From contig JAAYSA010000005.1 in the NCBI GenBank assembly GCA_012518455.1, forward strand, positions 1 through 52,921: a stretch of 52,921 bases of DNA. Reading direction: 5' to 3'. Within the stretch, counting starts at the first letter, position 1. Each line of letters begins with the position of its first letter. This document shows positions 10,025 to 19,085 of this stretch, in pieces. Position numbers and translations under genes: made by a program. The stretch is from Erysipelotrichaceae bacterium (GTDB lineage: Bacteria > Bacillota_I > Bacilli_A > RFN20 > CAG-826). A model generated the notes under the pieces. It was given only the letters and a program-made list of their open reading frames with translations. It was not told the origin of the DNA and made no database searches.

Positions 10025-11445
10025 TAGGCTTCAAGTTCCTTTCGTTTAAAAAGTAAGTTTGGCAAGCTAAATCCATAAGAATGTACTTGTCCTTCTAATT
10101 TTTCAACCGTATAAAAACATTGTTCATCATTTGTTTTTAAAGTGGCTAAGATTAATAAAATAAAAGCATCGTAATCTGGAAGAGGAATTTCTTTAACATT
10201 AATTTCGCTATCGTCGCCAAAAGACATTTCCATAAAATCCCACACACGAGCATCATTAAAAATATTGCGGGTTTCATCTAAGAAACCTTGCATTAGCATT
10301 TCGCTAGCAGCATCAAAATCAACGATTCTAAGAGGCTCTCCCGCTTCGCGGTAGCGTCGCACAATTGGTAGAGTAACCGAATCAGGCGTAACATAGCCTT
10401 GCGTTGACATCACAACTGAATCTTGCATCGCATTTAAAATCGGCCGAATTGATTTATCAGTAATGATATATTCAGCATAAATTTTAAAAATATTATCAAG
10501 ATGACCTTTAATTGTCTTGTCAGCATGATTTAAATAAAGAATCTTACTAGCAGTTGCTTTAGTGTAATCTTGATGTTTTTCATCAATTGAAGCAATCATA
10601 CTTGAAAGAGTTTCAAACATGTCACAGATATAGTTAATTTGATAAATAATATCTTGTTCAGCATGTTTTGCATCTTTTTTTCTACTCCAAAGTAGCGATT
10701 GATTAACTAGTTGTTCACGAGCATCCTCATCATAGAGCCAACCTTGAAGAATTTGTATAATTGGTCGTTTAAACTTAGCAACACTATCAAATGTTTTAAG
10801 TGGATGATAGTATTTATCGCTTATTCTTGTTTTATAAATATCAAAATAATCACTTAAAATCTTGTTTGTTGAAAATATTCGTCCTAGACGATTTTGGAAA
10901 ATACGAATGCTATGACCTAAAGTAACTAATTCCGTTCGAAGCTTTTTCGTATTTTCAAAAGCGCGAAGGAGTGATGTATACATAAATTCATCACGAACTT
11001 CGTCTTCCATTTTTAATTCTGTATAAGTTGAATGAACAAGTGAAACATATTCAGTTTCATCATCACGAACTAATTCATTAAGTAAAGTTAAAAAAGAAAT
11101 CGCGTAACTTGGAAGAGCAATATATTCTTCTAAAGTATCAGGGTCGATTTCAATATCAATCCAGCCACATTCTTCAAGGCGACGGACAACAAAGGCGGCT
11201 TTAGTAGGAAGAGTTTCCGAAGTAATTAAACTTGTTTCTTCTTCACCTTCACTTTCAAAGTCAAGGTGCATAATTAGATCACGATATTTTTCTCTTAGTG
11301 TTCTAACATAGTCAGCTTTTTTAATTGCCATTTCATCACTTTGAAGAGCATCAAATAAAACAAGCAATGCCTCCGAATAAACTTCACGGTTTTTGCTTGC
11401 TAGTATTGAAAAGAAATTCTCTGGTATAACTGTAAATAAACTCAT
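10024..11445 (-). CDS. JetA/MksF-like putative kleisin subunit
   Basis: 473 aa and the first gene of the three-gene unit. Its size and position match jetA/mksF. I can name no catalytic motif. The assignment is by operon architecture only. Confidence 0.45.
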   Translation of the reverse strand: MSLFTVIPENFFSILASKNREVYSEALLVLFDALQSDEMAIKKADYVRTLREKYRDLIMHLDFESEGEEETSLITSETLPTKAAFVVRRLEECGWIDIEIDPDTLEEYIALPSYAISFLTLLNELVRDDETEYVSLVHSTYTELKMEDEVRDEFMYTSLLRAFENTKKLRTELVTLGHSIRIFQNRLGRIFSTNKILSDYFDIYKTRISDKYYHPLKTFDSVAKFKRPIIQILQGWLYDEDAREQLVNQSLLWSRKKDAKHAEQDIIYQINYICDMFETLSSMIASIDEKHQDYTKATASKILYLNHADKTIKGHLDNIFKIYAEYIITDKSIRPILNAMQDSVVMSTQGYVTPDSVTLPIVRRYREAGEPLRIVDFDAASEMLMQGFLDETRNIFNDARVWDFMEMSFGDDSEINVKEIPLPDYDAFILLILATLKTNDEQCFYTVEKLEGQVHSYGFSLPNLLFKRKELEA

Positions 11446-11572
11446 ATAAGGTCCAAACTAAGTTTTCTATGTTTATATTATCATATAAACAATCTAATTT
11501 ATAGTGAAGTTTCAAGTTTTTTATTGTTTTTTTGCTACATTTTTGTGTTAGATTTAAGAAAGTGAGGTAATA

Positions 11573-12016
11573 ATGATTATAAAACCTGCAAAAGGAAAAA
11601 TTATCAAAATTTATAGTATCTTTTTTCTTATAGCACTAGTTGTATTTTATTTTCTACCCGGCTTCCCTCTTTGGCCACCACGAGTTCCTCATTATATTAT
11701 TCTTGGTGTTTGGGTTTTAGTCAGCGCGGGTTCTCTTTTTTATGCTTTAAAATTTAATTATTATGAAGTAGATAAGTCACGCATCGTGCACTTCAAAGGA
11801 AGAAAACGTCTTATTTACGATTTTAATTCAATTCTTTTTATTGACGAAACTTGGTCAAGAAAGAAAAAGACACTCCTTTTTTATACTGATAAAGGTCATG
11901 CCCGCTATTTAACACTAGATAAAAACGGTGAACTACTTGAATTAACCTTAAAACGATGTAAAAACCTAATTAGCCAAGAAGAATATCAAATTCGCTTCCC
12001 AAATACAAAAATGTAA
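11573..12016 (+). CDS. Small membrane protein with a C-terminal PH-like (YdbS/bPH-type) domain, unknown function
   Basis: 147 aa with a GTGAGGT RBS. Two N-terminal TM helices are followed by a soluble domain of about 80 aa. The family call is tentative. Confidence 0.5.
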   Translation: MIIKPAKGKIIKIYSIFFLIALVVFYFLPGFPLWPPRVPHYIILGVWVLVSAGSLFYALKFNYYEVDKSRIVHFKGRKRLIYDFNSILFIDETWSRKKKTLLFYTDKGHARYLTLDKNGELLELTLKRCKNLISQEEYQIRFPNTKM

Positions 12017-12091
12017 TCTTTTAGTTGCACTAAGTTCTATCTTATGATAGGATAACGAAGCGAAAGCAAATTTGAAGTGAGGTGAAGATAG

Positions 12092-12286
12092 ATGGCTCGA
12101 ATTTGTCCTGTTTCTGGCAAAGGTCCAAAAAGCGGTAATAGACGCAGTCACTCCCTCCGTGCGACACGTCGTCGTTGGGGAGTAAACTTACAAAAGTTCC
12201 AAGTCGAAGTTGATGGTGAAGTCCGTACCGTACGGATGTCTGCTCGTGCATATCGTACTCTTAACCGCACTGCCAAAAACAAATAA
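12092..12286 (+). CDS. rpmB: 50S ribosomal protein L28
   Basis: 64 aa, MARICPVSGKGPKSGNRRSHSLRATRRRW.., a textbook L28 sequence. It has a GAGGTGAAG RBS and a terminator directly downstream. Confidence 0.95.
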   Translation: MARICPVSGKGPKSGNRRSHSLRATRRRWGVNLQKFQVEVDGEVRTVRMSARAYRTLNRTAKNK

Positions 12287-12290
12287 GAAA

Positions 12291-12320
12291 AAATCCGCGA
12301 AACTCGCGGATTTTATTTTT
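12291..12320. terminator. Bidirectional rho-independent terminator between convergent rpmB and the 224-aa membrane gene
   Basis: A perfect 10-bp stem, AAATCCGCGA (12291-12300), loop AAC, TCGCGGATTT (12304-12313). It is flanked by an A-run on one side and a T-run on the other. Confidence 0.85.
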
Positions 12321-12329
12321 GTTTTTATT

Positions 12330-13004
12330 TTAAATAAAGAAATATGCTATAAATCCAACCAATAATAAAAGCATATTAATAAAGATAATTGCCCACTCCG
12401 TATATGCAAGAACAAAAAACTTTGGCCTTAAAATAATAATTGTTCCATCTTGTTGTTCAATCTTATCCATAAATGGCCATCTTTTTAAGGCAGGATTGAT
12501 AGCTAGAAATGCAACAATAGCTGCTAAAATCCAACATATAATCGGTAAAATTAGCGGAGCATCTAAGTAGATTGTTTTAAAAATATAAATGCCTAAGAAA
12601 ACAGCATTAACCAAAGTAAACGTAATTAAACAAGCAACAATTGCAATATGTCCCTTCATAGAACGAAGTTTAACAAAGAAGATACTTGCTCCAAGAAGAG
12701 CAGTTAGTGTCCAAGAAACAATAAGGATAATGCCAAAATAGTGGGCTAAATCAACAAAGGCATAAAAACCAAAAAGAACAAATCCTAAGGCTTGCATCAT
12801 TTGCGAAAAATATAGATATATAACAAATCGTTGTTCAACCCCTTGGCTTAATTCATAAGGAAATTCATTTAAAAACGAATAGTTTCTTCCTTGTTTTGTT
12901 CGATAATTAGAAAGTGAAAAAACAATTGTTAATAGGAAAAAGATAACAGCCATTGCAAAACCTAGCGAAGTATAAACCATATTATTAGCTAGAACATTAA
13001 TCAT
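12330..13004 (-). CDS. Polytopic membrane protein, unknown function
   Basis: 224 aa with about 6 hydrophobic helices. It overlaps the rpe stop by 8 nt, so it is co-transcribed. It occupies the position held by thiN/yloS in B. subtilis. Confidence 0.6.
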   Translation of the reverse strand: MINVLANNMVYTSLGFAMAVIFFLLTIVFSLSNYRTKQGRNYSFLNEFPYELSQGVEQRFVIYLYFSQMMQALGFVLFGFYAFVDLAHYFGIILIVSWTLTALLGASIFFVKLRSMKGHIAIVACLITFTLVNAVFLGIYIFKTIYLDAPLILPIICWILAAIVAFLAINPALKRWPFMDKIEQQDGTIIILRPKFFVLAYTEWAIIFINMLLLLVGFIAYFFI

Positions 13005-13659
13005 GCATTAAACCCTCAACTCGATCTTTTATTTTTGAACTACCAAATAAATAAGAGCCTGCTACTAGGATATCAACACCTTTTTCTTTACATAGCTTCG
13101 CAGTTTTATTATTGATGCCGCCGTCAACTTCAATTAAAGTGTCAAGTTTATAGCGGTCAATGTATTTACGAAGTTTTTCAATTTTGTCTAAACTAGCAGG
13201 GATAAATTTTTGACCGCCGAAACCTGGTTCAACTGACATTACTAAAACAAGATCAAGCATCTTTAAAAAAGGGAAAACTACCTCTACTCTTGTTTTAGGT
13301 TTAATACTCATCCCAACTTTTCCACCAGCTTTTCTAATCGCGCGTATTACTTTATTTCTTTCTTTATCATTTGAAAGAGCCTCATAATGAAAAGTTACAA
13401 TGTCTGCGCCGGCTTTAACAAATTTAGGCCCATAAGTTAAAGGATCACTAATCATAATGTGAACATCATAAATCATATTATAGTGACCTTTTAATGATTC
13501 TAAAACAGGGAGACCAAAAGAAATATTTGGTACAAAGTGACCATCCATTACATCAAAATGAAGATAGGTAGCACCAGCTTCATAAACTTTTTCAATTTCA
13601 TGATTTAAGAACCGAAAGTCAGCACTTAAAATCGAGGGAGCGACATGAACTCTACGCAT
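12997..13659 (-). CDS. rpe: Ribulose-phosphate 3-epimerase
   Basis: 220 aa with APSILSADF, HFDVMDGHFVPN, MSVEPGFGGQKF and VDGGIN motifs. Confidence 0.93.
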   Translation of the reverse strand: MRRVHVAPSILSADFRFLNHEIEKVYEAGATYLHFDVMDGHFVPNISFGLPVLESLKGHYNMIYDVHIMISDPLTYGPKFVKAGADIVTFHYEALSNDKERNKVIRAIRKAGGKVGMSIKPKTRVEVVFPFLKMLDLVLVMSVEPGFGGQKFIPASLDKIEKLRKYIDRYKLDTLIEVDGGINNKTAKLCKEKGVDILVAGSYLFGSSKIKDRVEGLMHD

Positions 13660-13669
13660 ATGGGCCTCC

Positions 13670-14521
13670 TTATTTATTAGTTTCTTCTATTAGTTTAACA
13701 TAGTTTTGATAAATCATCGGTGGAATCTTACCTTCTTCTAAGGCTTTTTTAACAGCACAGCCCGTTTCGCTAAGATGAAGACAATTATTAAAATAGCATT
13801 TTCCAAAGTAGCGTTTTATTAATGGATAGTTTTGGGCAATTGCTTCTTTATCCATTGGCAGTTCAAAACTAGAAAAGCCAGGCGTATCAGCAAGATATCC
13901 GTTTTCAATTTTAAGAAGAATTACTTCTCTAGTTGTATGTCGGCCGCGGCCTAATTTTTCAGATATATCGCCTATTTCACGTTCAAATTCGGGGAATAGA
14001 GCATTAATTAGACTTGATTTTCCAACGCCAGTTTGACCCATCAAAGCACTTACTTTATTAGAAAAAGCTGCTTTTAATTTATCAAGACCAACACCTGATT
14101 TAATTGACGTAATAAAATAATCGCATGCATAACCATCTAAGTGGGCCATTATTTCTTTTATTTTTTCTTCTTCTTTTGGATCAATTTTATCTGCTTTAGT
14201 AATAACAACAAGTGGCTTAACTTCAGCAAAATAACAATAGGTAAGAAACTTTTCAACTAAAAAAAGTGAAAAAGGTGGTTTATCAACACTCATAACAATT
14301 AGAACTTGATCTATGTTTGCTACTGGAGGTCTAAGTAAAAAGTTTTTCCTATCTTCTAGACTAATGATTTGTTTAGTGTCTTTATCAAGTGATACTTTAT
14401 CTCCTACGACAATATTTAGATTATGTAGATGAAGCGTTCCCTTAATAACAGAAGTAAAAGTTTCATTATTTGCTTCAATTACATAGTGCCTTCTTGTTTT
14501 AGCTATTACCAACCCCTTCAT
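13670..14521 (-). CDS. rsgA: Ribosome small-subunit-dependent GTPase A
   Basis: It has the circularly permuted GTPase order (TKADK before GQTGVGKSSLINAL) and a C-terminal Zn-finger, CYFNNCLHLSETGCAV. I prefer the internal ATG at 14521 (MKGLVIAK..), which has a GGAGGA RBS and a TAATG overlap with the kinase stop, over the track start at 14557. Confidence 0.9.
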   Translation of the reverse strand: MKGLVIAKTRRHYVIEANNETFTSVIKGTLHLHNLNIVVGDKVSLDKDTKQIISLEDRKNFLLRPPVANIDQVLIVMSVDKPPFSLFLVEKFLTYCYFAEVKPLVVITKADKIDPKEEEKIKEIMAHLDGYACDYFITSIKSGVGLDKLKAAFSNKVSALMGQTGVGKSSLINALFPEFEREIGDISEKLGRGRHTTREVILLKIENGYLADTPGFSSFELPMDKEAIAQNYPLIKRYFGKCYFNNCLHLSETGCAVKKALEEGKIPPMIYQNYVKLIEETNK

Positions 14522-15411
14522 TAATCCTCCGTCGCAAAACCAAACCAGCGTACCCAAATTGAATAATGTGGTTTTAAATATTTTGGATTTTCTTTTAAAT
14601 ATACAATTTGATTATACATTTCTTTAACATTTTTAAAACGCTTTTTAGGTTTTTTTTTAGTTCCTTTTAAAATAAGTTTTTCTAGTTTACGTGGAATTGA
14701 AGATAAATACTTTTTGGGACTTGGAAAAGGTTCATTAATTTGTTTTATTGCTATATCAATATTTGATTGACCATCAAAAGGTACACGACCAGTAATAAGT
14801 TGAAATAGTGTGATCGTAAGAGCATAAACGTCACTTCTTACTGTTGCTTCTTCACCCTTACAAATTTCAGGAGCTAAGTATTGGGCGCTTCCAACAATTT
14901 CGGCTGAATCAACTTTTTTTGGTGTAATTGTTGTCATTGTTGCAATACCAAAATCACCAAGTTTAATCGTTCCATCAGGAAGAATATAAATATTACTTGG
15001 CTTAATATCACGGTGAATAACGCCGGCATCATGAGTTGCAATTACAGCTTGACATAATTGATCCATAATGTCGATTGCCTCAAGATAAGTAAATTTAGTT
15101 CTTGTTTCAAGTTCACTGTCGAGCGTCTTACCTTTAATTAATTCATTAATCATAAATGGTAGACCTTCGTAATTACCAACATTAAGAACAGCAACAATAT
15201 TAGGATGAGATAGTGTCGCACTAGCTCTAGCTTCAATTTCAAAACGCTCGACATTTTGCGAATCTTTAGCAGTTTCTGGTTTTAAAAACTTAATCGCAAC
15301 CATTTTTTTAGTATAAATATCAAAAGCTTGGTAAACAATACCCATGCCACCTTCACCAAGAAGATCTTCAATTCGATAACGTTTATCAATAATTGTGCCA
15401 ATTTTAATCAT
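14521..15411 (-). CDS. prkC: Hanks-type Ser/Thr protein kinase, kinase domain only (no TM or PASTA region)
   Basis: GEGGMGIVYQA...AIK, HRDIKPSN, DFG and APE motifs. The preferred start is the ATG at 15411 (MIKIGTII..), which overlaps the phosphatase stop by 8 nt. It lies at the prkC position of the ylo-type operon. Confidence 0.88.
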   Translation of the reverse strand: MIKIGTIIDKRYRIEDLLGEGGMGIVYQAFDIYTKKMVAIKFLKPETAKDSQNVERFEIEARASATLSHPNIVAVLNVGNYEGLPFMINELIKGKTLDSELETRTKFTYLEAIDIMDQLCQAVIATHDAGVIHRDIKPSNIYILPDGTIKLGDFGIATMTTITPKKVDSAEIVGSAQYLAPEICKGEEATVRSDVYALTITLFQLITGRVPFDGQSNIDIAIKQINEPFPSPKKYLSSIPRKLEKLILKGTKKKPKKRFKNVKEMYNQIVYLKENPKYLKPHYSIWVRWFGFATED

Positions 15412-16153
15412 TGTCACTCTCCCAGAGGGCGACGGCGATATTATCAGTTCCACCTTTATTGTTGGCTAAGGCGACTAACATTTCTGTTTTTTGTTCTACA
15501 TTATCAGTTGTAGATAAAATTGCTTGAATTTCTTTATTGTTGACAAGATGATAGAGCCCATCACTACAAAGTAGTATTGTTTCACCGTTGTAATTATGAA
15601 TTTTTATATCTAAATTTACACTCGGTGTATTACCAAGAGCATTAATAATTACGTGACGGAGTGGATGGCGGAGAGCTTCTTCTTTACTTATTTGTTCGGT
15701 TCTAACCAAATATTCAACATAAGTATGATCTTGAGTTAATTGAATTAGTTCATCATCTTTAAGCATCAAAGCTCTAGAGTCACCGATATTACTTACGACC
15801 ATTTTATTACGGCGTATAAGAGCGGCTACTAGAGTAGTTCCCATTTTTTCTTCACCTTCAGTTTGAAGAGATTCACCAAATATAATTTTATTTGCATGAC
15901 GGATTTGCTTAGTTAAGAAACTTTTTGCAGTATTTATACTACGAAATGTTTCAATTCTGCTAAAGGCATCGCTTAATGTATCAACAGCGATTTTACTAGC
16001 AATTTCACCTCTTTTATAGCCGCCGATGCCATCGGCAACAACTAAAAGAACATCACCAGCAGCATTAAGAGTAATTTTGGCACAGTCTTCGTTATGAGGG
16101 CGGACGAGTCCACGGTCACTACGAGCACAAAATGTTCCTTCAAATCGATTCAT
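15404..16153 (-). CDS. prpC: PP2C-family Ser/Thr phosphatase
   Basis: RPHNEDC, VADGIGG and GGTDNIAV metal-binding motifs. The preferred start is the ATG at 16153 (MNRFEG..), 2 nt after the rlmN stop. Confidence 0.9.
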   Translation of the reverse strand: MNRFEGTFCARSDRGLVRPHNEDCAKITLNAAGDVLLVVADGIGGYKRGEIASKIAVDTLSDAFSRIETFRSINTAKSFLTKQIRHANKIIFGESLQTEGEEKMGTTLVAALIRRNKMVVSNIGDSRALMLKDDELIQLTQDHTYVEYLVRTEQISKEEALRHPLRHVIINALGNTPSVNLDIKIHNYNGETILLCSDGLYHLVNNKEIQAILSTTDNVEQKTEMLVALANNKGGTDNIAVALWESDND

Positions 16154-16155
16154 AT

Positions 16156-17187
16156 TTATTTCTTTTTGGCTCGAAGTTGACCGCAAGCAGCGTCAATATC
16201 TAAGCCAAATTCCTTTCTTGTATTTGTGTAGATGCCTCTTTTAAATAGATAATCTTTAAAGGCTTTGATCCGGTCATCTGAAGATCTTTTAAAGCCTAGT
16301 TCTTCAACCTCGTTATAGGGAATAAGATTTACAAAAGCAAGCGTACCTTCAATTAAAGTAGCAAGATCTTCAGCATCACCTAGCGAATCATTTACATCTT
16401 TTAATAGGATATATTCAAATGTTGTTCTTTTATTAGTTTCTTTTTCAAAATAGCGAACTGCTTCCATTACTTCTTCTAATGGATATGCTCGATTAATTGG
16501 CATTAAACTATTTCGTTTTAGATTCGTTGGAGCATGAAGACTAATCGCAAGTTTTGCTTGTAAGCCAATGTGTGCAAATTCTTTGATTTTACTTGGAATT
16601 CCACATGTTGATACCGTTAAGTGACGAGCACCTATTTCAAGAGCACGATGATGATTCACTGTTTTAAGAAAGTTAACAACATTAGTAAAATTATCAAATG
16701 GTTCGCCTGTTCCCATAACAACAACATGACTAATTGGCGGTTCTCCTTCTTTTGCTAAAATTTCATTTAGTAAAAGAACTTGACCAACCATTTCTCCACT
16801 TGTAAGATCACGCTTCTTTTTAAATAGGCCAGAAGCACAAAATTTACAGCCCATGTTACAACCAACTTGACTAGAAACACAAGCCACATTTCCATACCTA
16901 TAGCGCATTAATACTGTTTCTACATGGCTTTTATCTTCAAATTCAACAAGAAGTTTTAAGGTTTTATCTTCGCTTAATGATTTTGTAGCAACTATAGGTA
17001 ACTTAAAATTAATTAGGCTAGCTAATTTTTCTTGTGATGATTTTGAAATATCACTCATTTTATAAAAATCAGTGACATTCTTTTTATAAATCCATGTAAA
17101 AAGCTGTTGAGCACGATACTTTTTTTCGCCGATGCTTGGCATAAACTCTTCAAGTTGTTCAAAGGTAAAATCGTAAAAATTACGCAT
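16156..17187 (-). CDS. rlmN: 23S rRNA/tRNA adenine-C2 methyltransferase, radical SAM
   Basis: 343 aa with the CNMGCKFCASG radical-SAM cluster, GTGEP and a C-terminal CGQL motif. It follows the rsmB-like gene, as in Firmicutes. Confidence 0.93.
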   Translation of the reverse strand: MRNFYDFTFEQLEEFMPSIGEKKYRAQQLFTWIYKKNVTDFYKMSDISKSSQEKLASLINFKLPIVATKSLSEDKTLKLLVEFEDKSHVETVLMRYRYGNVACVSSQVGCNMGCKFCASGLFKKKRDLTSGEMVGQVLLLNEILAKEGEPPISHVVVMGTGEPFDNFTNVVNFLKTVNHHRALEIGARHLTVSTCGIPSKIKEFAHIGLQAKLAISLHAPTNLKRNSLMPINRAYPLEEVMEAVRYFEKETNKRTTFEYILLKDVNDSLGDAEDLATLIEGTLAFVNLIPYNEVEELGFKRSSDDRIKAFKDYLFKRGIYTNTRKEFGLDIDAACGQLRAKKK

Positions 17188-18463
17188 TATTATCCTTTTC
17201 TAGGCGGACGAAAACAGCAGTAAATGTAAGTGCATTATCTATTTCATAAGGCATTGTTTTCATAGTTAGAGCAAGGGCAAATTGAGGATGTTCATTTGCA
17301 AATGTTTCAGCTTGCTCACTAGTTTCAATAGCGGTACTTGTTGTTACATTAAAAAGTAAGAATCCCTGCGTGGCAACAAGAGGAGTTAAACTAGCTAATC
17401 TTTCTTTAACAAACGCAGCTTTTTCACTGTGGATATCAATTTTCCAATTAACAAAAAAGTCAGGTGAAAGTCTAATAGCGTTGTAATTACTTGAAGGTGC
17501 TACATAGTAGACAACATCGAATTTACCTAATGTTTCAAGGTCTTCAATTTTGTTTAAGTAAAGAACTTCAACATTATCTAACTTAAATTTAAGTTTAATT
17601 GCATTACAAATAGCAAATCTTCTTCTACTTGTCGTAATAACACTTATATGGGTGTCAGTTTCACATTGAATTGCTAAATCAAGAAATAGAGAACTTTTTT
17701 CATCTTCAAAACAAACAACTGAATGAGGATTTAGACTTTGGATATAGTCGCTAATTTTGGCCTCATAAAGGGAAAGTGAATAAACATTCATCTCTTTATA
17801 TGGAGTTGTTTGTTTTATACTTTTTTTACTCGTATAAACATAAGAATTTTTTAAAACACCTGGTTTAAAGTCTTTATTAGTTTCAAAAAATTCTTCAACT
17901 TTAACAAGTTTAGGATTAATTCTTCCGCAGATGGTAAATGGTTTTCTGGTCGCATCAAGAACTTTAATTGTTTGTTTTTTACCTAATTCTTCAATCCAAA
18001 ATTCAATTAGCAGTAAGGGATGATTATAACGAAGCGACAAATTAAGTGGTGACAAATAGTGGCTTTTTGAAGGATAAAGCGCGTTTTTGTCGCTTTCAAG
18101 TAGAATATTACTTTCAATAATTAGTTTAGCCTCTTCTTCATTTAATGAAATTAAATACTCTTCAAATTCATCTTTATTAATTTCAACACTTTTTAAGAAA
18201 AAGCTATTTGCAAAGTATATTAAAAGTGCCGCTAAAGTTTTTGTGCTAAAACTAACTTCAGGTAAACGGACACTTAAAAAATACATAAAAAGCTCACGAC
18301 GAAGCAATGATTGTCTTAAAAGAAATTTTAATTTTCTTTCATCTTCCTTTTGGATTTCTTTTGAACGCCTGATAACTGCTATCGAATTACTATATGTTTC
18401 TTCACCCGATAAGATTTTTTCAAGGTATTCAATAATTATTTTTACTTGTTTCATATTTGCCAC
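17180..18463 (-). CDS. RsmB/Sun-like protein with degenerate methyltransferase motifs (probable pseudoenzyme)
   Basis: 427 aa at the rsmB position. FDVVYYVAPSSNYNAIRLSPDF aligns to the RsmB D-A-P-C-S motif and FNVTTST to T-C-S, with both Cys replaced. There is no AAPGGK SAM loop; EDEKSS stands in its place. Confidence 0.6.
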   Translation of the reverse strand: MANMKQVKIIIEYLEKILSGEETYSNSIAVIRRSKEIQKEDERKLKFLLRQSLLRRELFMYFLSVRLPEVSFSTKTLAALLIYFANSFFLKSVEINKDEFEEYLISLNEEEAKLIIESNILLESDKNALYPSKSHYLSPLNLSLRYNHPLLLIEFWIEELGKKQTIKVLDATRKPFTICGRINPKLVKVEEFFETNKDFKPGVLKNSYVYTSKKSIKQTTPYKEMNVYSLSLYEAKISDYIQSLNPHSVVCFEDEKSSLFLDLAIQCETDTHISVITTSRRRFAICNAIKLKFKLDNVEVLYLNKIEDLETLGKFDVVYYVAPSSNYNAIRLSPDFFVNWKIDIHSEKAAFVKERLASLTPLVATQGFLLFNVTTSTAIETSEQAETFANEHPQFALALTMKTMPYEIDNALTFTAVFVRLEKDNNA

Positions 18464-18507
18464 CTTAGTGTTATTTTAACACTACCCGAATTTAATTAAA
18501 ATAGCAA

Positions 18508-18541
18508 AACAAAAAAAGCGGTTATTCTTTGAATACCGCTT
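18508..18541 (-). terminator. Rho-independent terminator after the 174/178-aa gene
   Basis: The minus-strand transcript reads AAGCGGTATTC AAA GAATAACCGCTT followed by TTTTTGTTTT. The stem has one bulge. Confidence 0.7.
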
Positions 18542-18560
18542 ATCTTGTTTTAAGGTTTAT

Positions 18561-19085
18561 TTAGTCGTGTTTATCGCAGTTATTTTGTTTATCGTCTTTA
18601 CTTTTTTCTAGGTCATGACCTGCAAAAACATCACCCATGAAGACTTCATCATAGCCTCTATGATCATCTTCACTTTCTTGTTCTTCTTCATAATCTTCAT
18701 TTTCTTCGTTGTATTCATCATCTTCATGAATATGATATGAAGTAATAAAACGAGGGTATTCAGCATTTATTGAGCCAAATGAATGACCGTGTTCAAAGTA
18801 AACGAACTGAATATGAGTATTAATTGCCACTTGCTCTGTAGCACTTAAAAGAATATCTGCTAAATCTTCTTCTATTTTTTTCGTTAGACGGGTATCACAT
18901 TCTACATAAATAACAGCTTGCCAGCTTGTTTGTTCAACACCGCGATGGAAAATATATTCAGCAGGGGCGATAAAAATAACTTCTTCATTTTCTAACTCTA
19001 AAACGCGAATAATTTCATCAGTTTCTTGTCTTGCAATTCTTCCTACAATGTAGGGATCTAGGCCATAGGTACGAATAATTATCAT
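18561..19085 (-). CDS. Hypothetical protein with a small alpha/beta N-terminal domain (possibly DUF1904/tautomerase-like) and a highly acidic tail
   Basis: The track ORF starts at 19097. The ATG at 19085 (MIIIRTYGL..) has a GGAG RBS 6 nt upstream. The C-terminus is EDDEYNEENEDYEEEQESEDD. The domain guess is weak. Confidence 0.5.
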   Translation of the reverse strand: MIIIRTYGLDPYIVGRIARQETDEIIRVLELENEEVIFIAPAEYIFHRGVEQTSWQAVIYVECDTRLTKKIEEDLADILLSATEQVAINTHIQFVYFEHGHSFGSINAEYPRFITSYHIHEDDEYNEENEDYEEEQESEDDHRGYDEVFMGDVFAGHDLEKSKDDKQNNCDKHD

